DNA of 64,000 nucleotides from Takakia lepidozioides (taxonomy: Eukaryota; Plantae; Bryophyta): assembly GCA_030704615.1 (NCBI GenBank), contig CM060732.1, forward strand, positions 76,074,001-76,138,000, read 5' to 3'. A program made the position numbers and the translations under genes. The notes below the pieces were generated by a model that was not told the origin of the DNA, searched no databases, and saw nothing but the letters and a program-made list of their open reading frames with translations. Of this stretch, positions 23,791 to 36,460 are shown piece after piece. Within the stretch, counting starts at the first letter, position 1, and every line of letters starts with the position of its first letter.

Positions 23791-25308
23791 CTAGTGGTAA
23801 AATAACTTGACAAGGGGGCTGGAGCCGACGCTGTAACAGTCTGTCGGGAGTTGGGTGAGGGCACTAGGAATACTGGTAGGTAAGCCACATATTCGTTTGG
23901 TTAGTTGAGTGATGTGTTTGTCTAGTACTTTGAGATCTGGTAGGGAGAAAGGATCGGCGTGAAAAGAGTATTGGACTTGTGGCTTAAGCACAGAGCTGAT
24001 GATTGATAGTTTGGGTCTAATGGAGACAGGGGATTTAATAAGAGCCAGGCTTTTGTTAGAGAGCTTAGCAAGTGTGGTGGTCTTTTGCACATGTCGGGTG
24101 AGTGATGGGACTAGCTGGATACCTAAGTATGTGTAAGGCTCATCGGGTCCCAAAAAGGGGAAGGGGTTGTTTAGGTAATGGATATAGAGTTTACAATAAG
24201 AAGCCATCGCAATTTTTGTTAATTTACTGCGGTGGGTTGTTGCGGTAACGGCGCACTTGTGGAGGCTAAGTTCCATGCCGGACCATAAGTTAAAGCGGGA
24301 TAATTTGCTGACTTGTCGGTTGAGGTGTTGGGGTTTGTGAGCTAGAATAGTGAGGTCGTCAGCGTATGCGGCAGCGGAGATTTCATTAAGGGAGGTTTTA
24401 TAGTGATAGCCGAGATTTCCGCGTGCTAACCATCTTAGTAGAGGTTCTAAAAAGATAATAAAGAGGTATGGACTGAGGGTATCACCCTGGATGGTATCGC
24501 GTAGGATAGGAATAGGGGGGGTAGTACCATAGTATGAACCGGAGTATTCCGTAGTGCTGTTGGTATAAATGTTGCCAATGAGTTTGGATGGCATCGATGG
24601 GATAACCGAGGTCCGTCATGATTGCAAGTAGTCAGGCATGGTCTAAGGATCCGAGGCATTTTTAAAGTCTATATACAAGAGATAGATATCTTGTTTAGTG
24701 AGCTTGGCATCTTCGAGGGCTGAGAGGACGTATTGTATTTGACGAGTTGTGCTACGTGTGGCTCGGAAGCCCTCCTGGGGGTCACTCAGAATATGGTGTT
24801 GTTCACCATAATTGGATAGCAGCGTGGTCAGTGTGCTGGTAAACAATTTATAGATAGTATTGGCTAGGGCTATGGGTCTGTAGTTACCGAGGTTAATTGG
24901 GTCGCCTTTCTTAAATAGCAGGATGGTGCGGCTATGTTTCCAAGTAGGTGGGATACATTCGAGTTGGTAACATAGTTTGAAAAATTTGAAGAAGAGGGTG
25001 TGAAGATGGGGGTCGAGCGCCTGTAATATAGCATTAGGGATCATATCTGGTCCAGGGGCCTTTGATTTGGATAGACCTTTAAGGCAAGAGTCATAGAGAT
25101 CTAGCGTGAAAAGGTCATGTATGCGGTCCGTGGGTACCCCACGTTTGTCTAATGAGAAGCCGCCGAGGTCATGCCATGGGTAATGTTTGACTTTACATAA
25201 ACAGTTGGGGTGGTGGTGGTCAGGGTGTAGGCAGTTTGCGACAGCGGGCGTATAGGAAGTGGATGCTTGTATCCATATTTCTTTGTTGATATCAGTGGGG
25301 CTTGTCAA
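23791..25308 (-). pseudogene. Non-LTR reverse transcriptase of the Dualen-like element
   Basis: Motifs KAPGPD, NYRPIAL, QEGFR, IDFKNA, QGDTLSPYLF, AYADDL, YTYLG. Confidence 0.92.
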
Positions 25309-25833
25309 GAAGTGGCCCAGTCGATGTTTAAGGCAGTCAATTGGTGGATCGAGCGTAGGGTTAAAGATGGCTTTGTGTGCTCTTTTAGGATGGTCATGTA
25401 GGAGCTGGAGGTGATAAACTTTTTGTGGTTATCGCTAGCTTTTTGCTTGGTTAAAAGATATGCGGTTTTTTTTTGCGTCCCTTCCTAGCTTGGCGAGGGC
25501 AGCAACCCAATTTGGGATGGTACTATGGTCCATAGGAGGGGGCAAGAGGGCTTGGCATACTGGGAGAGAGTTTAGGCAAATAATGCGGGGGTCTCGTCTC
25601 CATTATGTGTGATGATTGTTGGATGGGGAATTGGGGATGATAGTAAGGGCACGGCGTATGGTATGATGGGTGTTAAGGTGAGAGGTCCAGGCACGTTTTT
25701 GTGAGTGGGTAAGGTATCCTCCATTTTGTTTGGATCGGGTAGTCTGGGGGAGGTCCTGGGGGGCCGAGCATGTTGCCAACACGTTTTTGGTCATTTCTTG
25801 GAGGATGGTTGTGAGGGTACGCTCGGCCTCGAA

Positions 25834-27056
25834 CTAGGAATCCTCAGGGGACTGTGTCATATTTGTGTCGGAAAGGGTGTAGGAGAGTTTTTGGGTAAGG
25901 AGTGAGGCTTGAGGTTGGAAGTGTTTTAGAAATATAGTGATATTATATTGGGGTAAAGGTAAGAGGAGACGGGGTTGTGGGTCTTGGGCCTGGATAGGTG
26001 GGATGGGATGGATGGGGATGAGGGATGGTGGGAGAGAGACAGATACTGGGTAATGGTCTGAGTTGCATATGCTATTGATATGAATATGGCTTGTAAGGTA
26101 TGCGGGGATATCATTGGGTGACTTAAGATAGAAACCATCTGTAAGGCTTAAAGATGAGTAGTTAAGGCCGCCTTGCCTCGAATAGTGATAGTCTGAAGGT
26201 ATGTATCTGAGATGATGGTTATGTATGAAATGGGCCCAGTCTCGGTCAAGAGGGTTTGTGGACTCCGTTATATGTGTGGCCTGATAGAGCAATGTCCCGG
26301 TTGAAGTCGCCAGCCAGTATATAGTGATGATGTTGGTGCGCGGGGTGCTTGATTGTGTTAGAGATTGTGTCCAATATGTCGGGTATCAGGGATAGGTCCT
26401 CTGTATGGGATGGCTAAGTGGATGAGAGTAATGGGCGTAAGTACAGGGAGATGCAGCTGGACAATTTGAAGGTGAGATCGGAGAGGGATGGGTACTATAA
26501 CTTTGGTGGTGGTGCTAGGAGAGTGATGGGTGCGGAGGATGCCAAGTGCCACACCACCCCGCGTAGGACAGTATGGGGCGGAGCGACGACGGAGACATTG
26601 TGTGGCTGTCATGGGGGTCCCATATAGGAGGTAGTAGGCTGGTAAGAGTTTGTTAATATAGGAGCTGTTGGTGTTGTTAGTGTTTAGTTTGGTTTCTTGG
26701 ATGAAAATAATGTGTGGGGGCGTGGAGTCCGTGAGGAGGTGGATTAGACTCTGGATATTGGTGGCAAGGGATCCGACATTCCAAGTGGTGATGTTAAAGG
26801 AGTCTGACTGTAGATCGGGGGTGTTCGGAGTGTGGCAGCGAGGTGTAGCGGGTGAAGATGCAGATTGGGGGTGGGATACACCTGGTGTGGTGACGAAGGA
26901 AGATGGTGTATAGTGGGGGGGTTGGAACCCTGGGAGGGGCGTGGTAGCATTAAGCATAGCTATCAGGATGTTGGCAGAGAGAAATGGGAATTTGTTGATG
27001 GTAGTGGGAATGTCTGGGACAGAGGTGGGTACAAACGCTAGATGATCACCCAGCAT
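25834..27056 (-). pseudogene. Apurinic-like endonuclease (APE) of the Dualen-like element
   Basis: Motifs ITTWNVGSL, IIFIQETKL, GGVAL, ILAGDFN (~26300-26320) and SDHYPV. Confidence 0.88.
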
Positions 27057-29279
27057 TTTGTGTATAACTCCGGGATGGGACTGTAACAGGTTTTAGGGAC
27101 GCGTGGAGATCAGTCAAGCAATGTGGTGGGGCCAAGTAGTTGCTGGTATGTGTGGGTAGGTCTTGTAAGTGATGTAGTAGGGAAATGAGTTGGGAATCTG
27201 GTTGGGACGTAAGGTAGTCATTACATTCTTGGAGCAAAGGGGAGATGAGGACAATAAGGGAGAAGAGGAGGTGGTATGGTGGAAAGGCTTGAAGTTTGTG
27301 GGAGGTGTGGGAGAGAGCAGGGTATGGGCAGGCTGGGAGGCCAAAGGTGGAAATGTAGTGGGGGGCAGTCTGTAGGTGAGTGGAGGGGATGGGTAGTGAT
27401 TTGGGGAGGTAGGGGCGAAGTGGGTAGCAAGATGTTTGTATTGGTGTATAAAGGATAGGGTGTCCGGCTGGAAGTATAGCGCATAGCGATCTTGTGCATC
27501 AGCAGGGAGTTGAGTCGTGATGGTGGAAATAGTGAGTGGCCCGGGGTTAGGGTGAATGTCCCCACATCGGAGCAGTGTAAGTGTGATACATAAGTTGAGG
27601 TATAAGGTTGCATGTGAAGGGGGATGATGGAGGCTATGTTTGGATTTTAGGGGGTGGTAGAGGGAGCGCCCGTTTGGGCTGTGAGTAATGAGAGGGTTTT
27701 TTCTGGGTAGTTCAGAGGGTAATTTATGAGGGTAGGCTGGGTTGATGTGCGGTGAAGTTAAGGGGCTATGGTTGTTAGAAGCTAGGGTGGGGCTGGTGTG
27801 CCGGGCGCAGGGGGGGAGATGTATAGTGGGTAGGGGAAATAGGTTGGGCCTAGTATCTTGTCAGTGATGAGAGTTGTATATGATAGTTGGGATGATGTAT
27901 AAGTATGCTGAGTAATGACATAGTAATTTGGTGGGGAGATTATTGGGAAAATTTGGAGCAGTTGGCAGGTTGATTGAGCGGAGACAGGGGTGTCGGTAAT
28001 ATGGGCATAGGGTAGCACAAGTGTCCATGTGTATAGAGGTGTGGTGAGTTTATATTTGGGGTGGTTCCAATGATAAGGTTGTGACCAGTTGGGGCTTAGT
28101 GATAAGGTTGTGACCTTCCCACCGTGGGTGTGGTAGGGAATAGTGGGGGGTGGGATAAGTCTCGTGGGTTGGTGGGGAGGGTATTGCAGATCTGGTGCAG
28201 TATTAGGGGCTTTATAGTAGATGTTGAGAAAAAGTATGGTATGAAGTGCGTGATATATAAATAGGCTGGCGGGGTTGAGGGGCGGATGCTATGGGGAAGA
28301 TTATTAAGGTGGGTGCGGTACTTGAGGGTTGAGGGTGTGACAGAGCAGCGGTATAAGTGGAAGGTAACATGAGGCTAGGGACTGGGGGAAGTGTGGGAGT
28401 GTGGATGGTATGCAGTATGGGGGCAGATAGGAATGGATGCACACTGATATAAGTGGGGGATTTATTCAGGGCGTGGCTAAGGGTATAGGTTAGGATGGAT
28501 TGATGATGGGGTAGACTATTAGTGTTGGATGAGAATTAAGATTTATATAGAGGACGTATATTATAAACTGGGTGGGATGGACGACTTTTATTTGACAGTG
28601 GTATATTTGTAGGTATGGAAAAGAGGCGTGGGTTTGGGCAGGTGTCATGTGTTGGTGGGGATAAGATCGGCTGGAGCCGTTGGGATAGAATCTGGAAATG
28701 ATAGATTTTACGGATAAATTGAATACTTGCTCGGTGAATGATTCAAATTGAAAAGTGAGGGGGTATGGAGTGCCGGGCACTGGACAGGTGGCTGGAGCGG
28801 GCTCCGTGTGCCGCCACGTGGCGTCATGCCAAGAGTGCAGATATTGGGCCCGTGCAGGCTGACATCGTGGGATCTGCGGGTTTTTTGGGCTGTGAGTAGG
28901 ACAGCCTAAGTGGGTGTTGGGACTTGGGTGAAACAGGGTGGTGAGGTGAGAGTGTAGAGTCGGGTTGGGACCAAGTTGAGAAGTGCGTGGAGAAGTGAGT
29001 AGAGAGGCAGTGCAGTCATAACGCAAAAGTAGAATCTTGGTTGAAGCAGAAGGGCGAGGCCCCGTGGGGTACACAAGAGTAACAGATAGTGCAGAAGAGA
29101 TCACGATGAGCACCAGAGCTACTGGTAACATAAGGCAGGAAGCCGGGAGGCAACTATTAGGAAGGGAGCGAGAGGATCTAGAGTGTTGGAAACTAGACAT
29201 AAGCATTTGGTGGGAACTCAGTGAGAGATAGAGAGGTGGGCTGGCTGCTGTTGATGCATCCGGGGAGTGATTCATCAAA

Positions 29280-31667
29280 CTATTCCTCAGCTTCAGCAGC
29301 AGTAGTGGGGCGCACTTGTGGGGCCCGGCGAAGCAACGCTGCATTGAGCTCCGGAGCCGCATGGAGAAAAGGTTGGACTGGTGGTCGGTTGCCTAGGTGT
29401 ACTGCCGCGGCTCCCGTCATTGGTGTGTGGCACAGGTCGCTTGAAGAGCTGGGTCCTGGAAGCTGAGGTAATTTTGCAAGTACCAGATCTGCATGATGAT
29501 AAAAATTAGCTAGATTATGCCCAAGATTTTCAGTAATGGACTGGTGAAGGGAGACCATGTAGGTATGGTACTCAATCTGTTGTTGCGTAATGGACTCTGC
29601 CAGACGGGTCTCCATGCCAGCGATATCGTTGCGTAGATCGGTCTTGATAGAAATTGAGTGTGCAGCCAGTCGCTTGTCAATTTCCGCCATCCAATCTGCA
29701 GGTCCGGTAGAGTGCTTCTGGGCGGGCTGGATTGCAATGGTTTCCACCGTGTCTAGCAGGGCATGGTTGATGTTGTCCACCAGCATTTTATCCAACAGCA
29801 CCTGTGAGGGTGACGTGATGCCTTGGAGACTTTGACGGTGGGGTGAGAAGGTGAGATACCTGCCATGCATGGTGATATTGGGCACTCCGCACCACTTGGC
29901 GTAGATTGTAGGATTTTTGCACGTTATATGCAGCATTCCAATGTGCTTCACAGTTTCGGGAGGGAGCATCTTACAGAAATAGAAATGAGTGATGTTGCTT
30001 TGGCCAATCAGACTGTAAAGTTCTCCCAGGATGTCAGCCTGCGTGTGGATCAAGCTTACATTTTTTACGACGATGGTGAGGGCATCGCACATTGCTATGG
30101 CTTCTTGGTCTGATATCTTTGCCCCGGACCTGCTTTTCTTTTGGATACGCACCTCGGGCTTAATGAGGACGTTATCAATCCTGACTCCCAAATCCATGAT
30201 CCGGGTGCGCGTATCCTCTGTTGCTAGATTGATGAAGCCAAATTTAGTTTCGGGGTTGGGCTTGTAGACGTGTAAGATTTCAAAGTTGTCGCCGTGGTCG
30301 AAAGTCTCTGTGATAAAGTGCATTGCGAGCTGGGTACCCACCGTTCCTTGCAGGATGTCGTCGGTAAAGTAGAGGGAAAGCCGCTCGGATGTTGCAAGCA
30401 GGTAGTATGCTTTTTCAACTTTCCCTTGTAGCATGACCTCAGGCTCCATCTCGAGGACGAAAGGCCTGTCGCCGCGGAGCAGAGCCAGCCCATCCCCCTC
30501 CGGGTGTAGCAGCTCAACCTTAATGAACCCTGACCAAACCTGTGTAGCAGGCTTAGAGTAAACCAAGATTGGTTCGAAGAGGACCTTACCAAGTGGGATT
30601 TTCATATCACGGAAGCGTTGGGTCACCCTGGCATGAATCACATCCTTATGCAACTCAACATTGGAATCAAAACGAATCATGATATGGTAGGGATTAGCAG
30701 GGAGACCAGTATCCTTGTTGATGATTGTACTTGTGGGTAGCTGCGTGAGATGAAGGAACTGACCGTCGATACCATCAGGCCGGGTGGATGGGTACAATCT
30801 CTGAGGTACTCGTGGAAAGGCTCTCTTGCAATGAATGAGTTCCTCACACTCGGATGGGGGGATGCCCAAGAGAAGCAGCTGCTCCATAGTGCGTGGCTCG
30901 GTGATCCGTGGGACGTTGTTCTCGTAAGCATACATTTCCATATTCTGATACCCATACCACAGGTATAAGGCCTTTTTTTGGCTGGTGACTTCCATTTGCT
31001 GCTGCTCGTGATCTTCGTTGTGCTGATTACGAGATTTTTTCGAGTCCGAGGGAGCTGGAGTGCCTGCACTGACCGCCTGCGAGGGATGCTTGGGGCGTTG
31101 GCTTGATGATGTAGGAGTTGCCTTGATCTGGGTACAGGTGTGAGCCTCCAGTAGCGCGTCCGAGACATCTGACATATGGTGATCGCTGTGTTGAAGCTGA
31201 CTTGAGGGATTGGTGCTGGGTGGCTTGGGTGGTGCCGGGGAAGAACTATGGACTGTTGCGGTGGTGGAGTGCGTGCCAGGAGTGGGCGAACAAGTCGAAT
31301 CAATGGGTGTACCTGAATTCGCCACAAACAGTTTCTTCTTGGATGCCATGTTTTTGGGTCTGGCCTTGGGGGATGTAGAGAGAATTGGGAGAGAGGTCAT
31401 GAGTGCAGGAAGTGGAGAAATATGGCGATAATGGGCTGTTACGAATGAGGCTAAAGTACCCTGAGAGACAGCCCAGAGATATGAGAGGGAGGTAGAGGGG
31501 GGAGCAGAGAGCAGAGGCGTTAGATGTGAAGCCCAAGAGAGCCAGCCGCAAGTGCGAGACTGATGGAGGAGGCCAGTATTTGTGGCGTTTGGGGTTTGAA
31601 GGCAAGTTGGCGGATTTGCTGGCTTGGAGTAAAGCATTGGCGGCTTGGGGTTGTCATGAGCAATCAA
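29280..31667 (-). CDS. LINE ORF1-like protein (possible RRM-like domains and C-terminal coiled coil); probable start MASKKK near 31349
   Basis: Uninterrupted 795-codon ORF on the same strand as, and upstream of, the APE. It contains RNP1-like FGFINL and GMLHITC and a heptad-like EIDKRLAAHSISIKTDLRNDIAGMETRL. Confidence 0.6.
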   Translation of the reverse strand: MIAHDNPKPPMLYSKPANPPTCLQTPNATNTGLLHQSRTCGWLSWASHLTPLLSAPPSTSLSYLWAVSQGTLASFVTAHYRHISPLPALMTSLPILSTSPKARPKNMASKKKLFVANSGTPIDSTCSPTPGTHSTTATVHSSSPAPPKPPSTNPSSQLQHSDHHMSDVSDALLEAHTCTQIKATPTSSSQRPKHPSQAVSAGTPAPSDSKKSRNQHNEDHEQQQMEVTSQKKALYLWYGYQNMEMYAYENNVPRITEPRTMEQLLLLGIPPSECEELIHCKRAFPRVPQRLYPSTRPDGIDGQFLHLTQLPTSTIINKDTGLPANPYHIMIRFDSNVELHKDVIHARVTQRFRDMKIPLGKVLFEPILVYSKPATQVWSGFIKVELLHPEGDGLALLRGDRPFVLEMEPEVMLQGKVEKAYYLLATSERLSLYFTDDILQGTVGTQLAMHFITETFDHGDNFEILHVYKPNPETKFGFINLATEDTRTRIMDLGVRIDNVLIKPEVRIQKKSRSGAKISDQEAIAMCDALTIVVKNVSLIHTQADILGELYSLIGQSNITHFYFCKMLPPETVKHIGMLHITCKNPTIYAKWCGVPNITMHGRYLTFSPHRQSLQGITSPSQVLLDKMLVDNINHALLDTVETIAIQPAQKHSTGPADWMAEIDKRLAAHSISIKTDLRNDIAGMETRLAESITQQQIEYHTYMVSLHQSITENLGHNLANFYHHADLVLAKLPQLPGPSSSSDLCHTPMTGAAAVHLGNRPPVQPFLHAAPELNAALLRRAPQVRPTTAAEAEE

Positions 31668-32460
31668 TGCAGGGATGGGGGAAGAGCCCGGGGATTAATT
31701 TTGGCTGCAAATTTACTTAGGGGCTGGCAAAAGGCATGGTGACCAAGTATTGGGATAGTGTAAGGCATGGTTGTCATACTGGCAGCAGTGGTGGCGATGG
31801 TCTGGTGGGGGGGCTGGCCGTGGGAATCATAAATATGGCAGCATGTTGTCCAGTGAGAAGCAGTGTGAAGGGGGGCAGGAGCAGATTTTGTCTGGGCCAA
31901 GTTATACCAAGTGGGGGGGCAGCTAATTGTGGGGAGCCTGATGCAGCCTGAGCATTGAGGAAGGGTGTTTATATGATCATTCATGATGAGTGTTTGTGGA
32001 CTTGTGTGGTTGGGGCAGTAGTTATGGGAAGTGATGGTAAATCTGTAGAAGATTAGGGCTGAGTGAAGAGGGGATGGTGTGTTGTCAAGAAGATTATGCA
32101 TGATCCAGTCTGAGAGTAAGGGTGGTGGGTGATGAGTTAGCAGATGGCAGCGGGCAATTTGTGAAGGGTATGTATAGTGTGAGTGTGGATTGTGGGTAAT
32201 TGTGAAGATGTATACTGGATTGTATGGTTTAACGGAGCTGGACGAGTGGTAGGGAGAAGTCCAGATTGTGTTGCATGCACCCTATGGGGATTGTTCATAG
32301 TAAGGGTGGTAAGTTAGTGTCGTTAGTACATTAGAGGGTTGGTATTGCCCTGGGTGTGAGTATGGAGGTTTGGGGATTGGGTGTTTGTTAATGTATGAAG
32401 GATAGGTGGGGGATGGGTAGGGGTAAGTGCAGGTATTTGTGTGGAGTGGTATGAGGGAGT

Positions 32461-33510
32461 CACTACAGGAAAAGGGGGGGGGTTTCGACGCCGCGGCGTC
32501 GTTAAAAACCCTTTTCCGAGCAGAAAAAAACCAAATTTGCGACGTCCGGGCGTCGCAAGCCCGTCGCCAAAAAAACGTCACAAATTTCCGACCAATGGGG
32601 GTCGCAAATATGCGAAACCGCGATTTGCGATGCCCGGGCGTCGAAAAAAATAAAATAAAATCTGCAATGCAGAATTAGCACCGTCCGGGGGTCGCAAAGT
32701 GCGACGCCCGGACATCACAATTTAAGGGGGTACATTTGAATTTAGGCGGGAAAATTTAAATTTGAAATTTGAATTTCAAAAATTTGTTGACCATTGACTC
32801 CGGTTCTGTCTAATGGCGATATGTTCATTGTTCTACATATATCATGCAACGCATATTTGAACCTAAGACCTCCACGTTATAACATTTCTAAGACACTACA
32901 AACTAACCAACACACCTACGCTACATCTATGTATCACAAAAGCAATCTAAATATATATATATACATCTACAGAGTTCCTTCAAGTTCCTTCTAAGGGGGT
33001 CTCTCTTGTGACGCCGGGGAGTTGCAACCTCCACAGCCTTAGTGCCCAGCCCCAGCCCCAGCTCCAACATCGTCACCGTTGTTGTACCCCGCCACCGTCA
33101 GGCGCCCCAAGCGACGTCCTTGTGTGGACCTAAGCTGACCACAACACCATTGTGACCCCCTGTGGCGACGCCGTTGCGACCCCTGACGTCGCAACGTTGG
33201 GTGTCCCAGCGCGGGGCGCCCCCAGCAACGCTTTTGTGAAGTTGAGGGCCGCAAAGCCTAAAATAAAAAAATAAAAAAAACGTTTCCAACGCGACGTCGC
33301 AAGGAAAAAAATCCGTAGCAGCGAGGGCCTTCTTTCCCCTTTCATGCCACCTTACGACGGCTGGGCGTCGTAATGATGTCGCAGTGGGGGATTGCGACGC
33401 CGAGACGTTGCAAAAAAACGCCACGGGCTCGGTGTCGCGGGCTCAGCGCCGCGCGGGGCGTGGGGGCGCGGCTGGCGTCGCAACCCCCCCCCCCCCCATT
33501 TGCTGCAGTG
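32461..33510. mobile_element. Non-autonomous CACTA (EnSpm) element, 1050 bp
   Basis: Termini are CACTACAGGAAAAGGGGGG and CCCCCCATTTGCTGCAGTG. The 3-bp TSD AGT lies at 32458-32460 and 33511-33513. Subterminal gcgacgcc/ggcgtcgc repeats are present. Confidence 0.9.
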
Positions 33511-35295
33511 AGTGGGCTGGGGACATGGGGAACCAGGTCCGTGGGATATGTGGGCATAAAGGTGCATATCGAGTAAACATAGTGACGATGTGAATAAACA
33601 TAGTGATAATGCGCCGGGCGTGTGATGATGCTAAGATCTGGTTGTGCATGGATTTTGGAGTATCGGTGGGCAAATGTGGGGTAGCATATACTTGTGGCAG
33701 TTGGAGAAATAGGGGGAGGTGAAGGGATGGAACAGCAGGTATAGTGTCTGGACCAGAGTTGTGGGTGCAGGACCATTCAAAGTATGGGGAAACCCAGTCG
33801 CTATGGATCATCGGTTTAGGGAGGGGTTGAACACAAACATCCATAACCGTGGTGCCTGCCAATAGAGGTAGGGGCGTTAAGGGTAATGCGGCTGTGGCAA
33901 TAGTGGAGCTAAACCTGCTAGAAGCAGAGAACGTGAGAGAGTGCCCATAGGGTTAAGGCACTTACATTGAGGGAGTTAGAGCCATTTCGTCCAGGGCCAG
34001 CCGCACTGGCTGTAGCATAACCATGCTCTGGCAAGACCCCATAAAAGAAGAAGACAATATGGGGCCAGTGCAAAGTAAAAATTATAACACGGGTGGCGGG
34101 AAGATTCAAGGTAGAGATACTTACAATAGTGGGGGCAGAGTGATGAGTAGTGAACAACAAGGGAGAAAAACGGATCGTGTCCACCTGGGGTTGCTTACAG
34201 GGGAGCCCATGTGAGGTGACGAGTTTGCGCCCTGACGAGGAAGTCCGTTTGTGCACTGCAAACCTTGGAAAGGGCCCTGTTGCCCTAAGAGATATATGGG
34301 TACTGGTAGAAAGGGGGGTACCTGTTCCATGTGGTACATGTGGGGTTGTACATAGGTCGAGGAGGTTAGGAACGCTCCATGAGAGCCATAATGTGGAAGA
34401 TGGGTGTTGATATAACTGAATGAGAGCCTGTCGCCTCGAGGGGAAGGGATGTGCCATGCACCACTGTCCTAGACCATCACGGAGGAGTCCACACTTGGGT
34501 GAAGCCGCATCTTTGAACGCTCGCTTTTGTTAGAGATGGGGTGATATCTAGCCAGTGGAGTCGTAGAAAGAAATAATTGGGCCAATGTTGATAGGTTCGG
34601 ACAGTAGAGTGATGGAAACCATGCGTGAGAGAACACCAGCTTCATACGTGAATCGCTCACACCACCTTGAGCTTGTGCAACGTTGCAGCTAATCCAGTGA
34701 GGTGATGAGGTACAGGTGCAGAGAAACCTGTAGCTTGTGTACAGAACCTTAAAGCTATGGCACACGTAAAGCGAGGCTGGCCGTCGAGCAAACGGTGTGT
34801 AGTGGTGGGGTGGTAGCTGGTCAGGCCCGCCTGCGTACTCCGTAAAATGGGCACTGATGGGAAGAAGCTCAATCATGGTCTCCGGGGCCCAGCGCAAACG
34901 ATAATCCTGCGAGAGGTAGTTTAAACTTTGCGTACTAGAGTGGTGAGAAGAGTGGGGGCGTGATAATACCCAGATGCAGTGGGACAAGGTGAGAAACAGG
35001 AGGAAGAGACGAGTTGGGGAGCTATGGCGGCTGACCTTGCCAACATTGTTAGTCGTAGCTAGGATGGCAGACCCGCTAGCGAGAGCGTGTGAGATAGTGG
35101 AAATAAGAAGAAGGTTTAGCAGGAGCGCTACTGTGAATGATGTAGCAGGCAAAAGAAGAGAAGCAGCAAAAAGAAAAGGCACGACACAGTGAGGAGGTGC
35201 AAGATCTGGCGGATAGCAGAGTGGTTAGCCGGGAGGCGTGGAGGAGGGCGGCGTTAGCCCTCCCCGTCCCATTGCTCTTAACACCAATCCTACTC

Positions 35296-35725
35296 TATGG
35301 TTTGCGTACCCTAGCGGATGTAGTTCTCGCCGACCCCACTCGAGAGGATCTGCTATCTCGCGCAGCTACCACACCAGGCACGGCAGCCACTGTAGCAGCT
35401 CAGGCCAAGGAGCGCGACTACAGCAATCGTCACCCCACCGACAGATTTCTTCCGCTAGCAGTCGAGATATTTGGCTCATTGCACCGGCACTTCGACGATT
35501 TCCTACGGACATGTGCACATCATGCAGCCAAGAGCGGGTCTACTGGCATCCCGCATGTCTCCACCTTTGTCGACAGCGTGTTTCAATTGCTTTGCAGAGA
35601 GCACAAGCCATATCTATTTTGAATCGGGCTGATGTGGCAAGCTCCGCATCATCTCATCTTCCGCCTATGCCTGACAGTACTTTGCCTATCTCCTTGCCTG
35701 AACTCCTCCAGGCTGTTGGCCCTGG
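35296..35725 (+). mobile_element. CRE-like LINE, part 2 (C-terminal half of the RLE)
   Basis: GLRTLADVVLADPT...AKERDY...FLPLAVEIFGSLH...RQRVSIALQRAQA completes the endonuclease that begins at ~13760-13870. Confidence 0.8.
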
Positions 35726-35989
35726 GGGTGCACTCTTTATAAAATGTGCATATCACGTGCGTTCGCCAACTAATAAAAAAACCCCCTGTATATGGGTCCT
35801 TGGATAATTTATACCCCCACTGTACATACTTTTTGAAGATTATAAAATCCTCTCCTGTAAATATATAGAATTTTTTAATTTTAAAAAAACACCCCCGTTC
35901 TGTATATATATTCCCATTTTCAATCATTAAAAAAATAGCCTCAAATATGTATATGTATGTCTTTATATTATATCAAATACATTCATTTA

Positions 35990-36460
35990 AAAACAGACCT
36001 CGGCCTGTAGGTCCAAATTTTATGAAACCAAGTTGGTGCATCCCTACTCATTTTGGGCTTTCCAACGGTACCAAAATCGTGGCTAGAAGCCCCGCAGTTT
36101 GGAAGATCTCAAGGATCCTACAAACAATATTACGTTAATATCATATTTGAAAATAAAACCCAATTTACATTTATGTCCCTGTGCACAAATGACAAATGAA
36201 GGGCCAGTCATTGTTGCAAGAAAGCCCACTTTGCTATTTTTCGCGAGTTTCCAACGACCAAAAGTACTTGAAAATTCATATCTTCTACACCGCAAGTCCC
36301 AAAATTATGAGACCAAGCCGGTGCACCCCTCCTTATTGAGGGCTTTCCAATGGTACCAAACACCAGGGCTGGGCCCCGCGGTTTGGGAGATCTCAACGAT
36401 GACACAAAGCACAATAAACCGTCTTTCTTCTATATTACTATTAACCATTACATTTGTTTC
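35990..36460. repeat. Short AT-rich interspersed repeat with an internal direct duplication
   Basis: ttatgaaaccaag..ggtgcatccct..gggctttccaacggtaccaaa..gccccgcagtttggaagatctcaa (~36020-36112) recurs at ~36306-36396. Confidence 0.55.

Larger units (their letters stand above)
13873..35295 (-). mobile_element. Dualen/RandI-like LINE with both APE and RLE endonucleases, interrupted by the gypsy-DNMT element and a CACTA element; boundaries approximate
   Basis: On the - strand the order is ORF1 (29280-31667), APE (~25900-26800), RT (23791-25308), RNase H (~15030-15410), CCHC plus RLE (13983-14906). The coding strand is uniformly C/A-rich. The two halves of the CRE-like element flank it. Confidence 0.75.

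Noticed and set aside
27056-29280. Josephin-like cysteine protease expected upstream of the APE in Dualen
   Set aside because: No convincing catalytic motif could be read; the region is low-complexity and degraded.
33918-35182. ORFs 33918-34457 and 34469-35182 as genes (the latter with a hydrophobic N-terminus)
   Set aside because: No recognisable motifs; they are compatible with the compositionally biased 5' region of the LINE.
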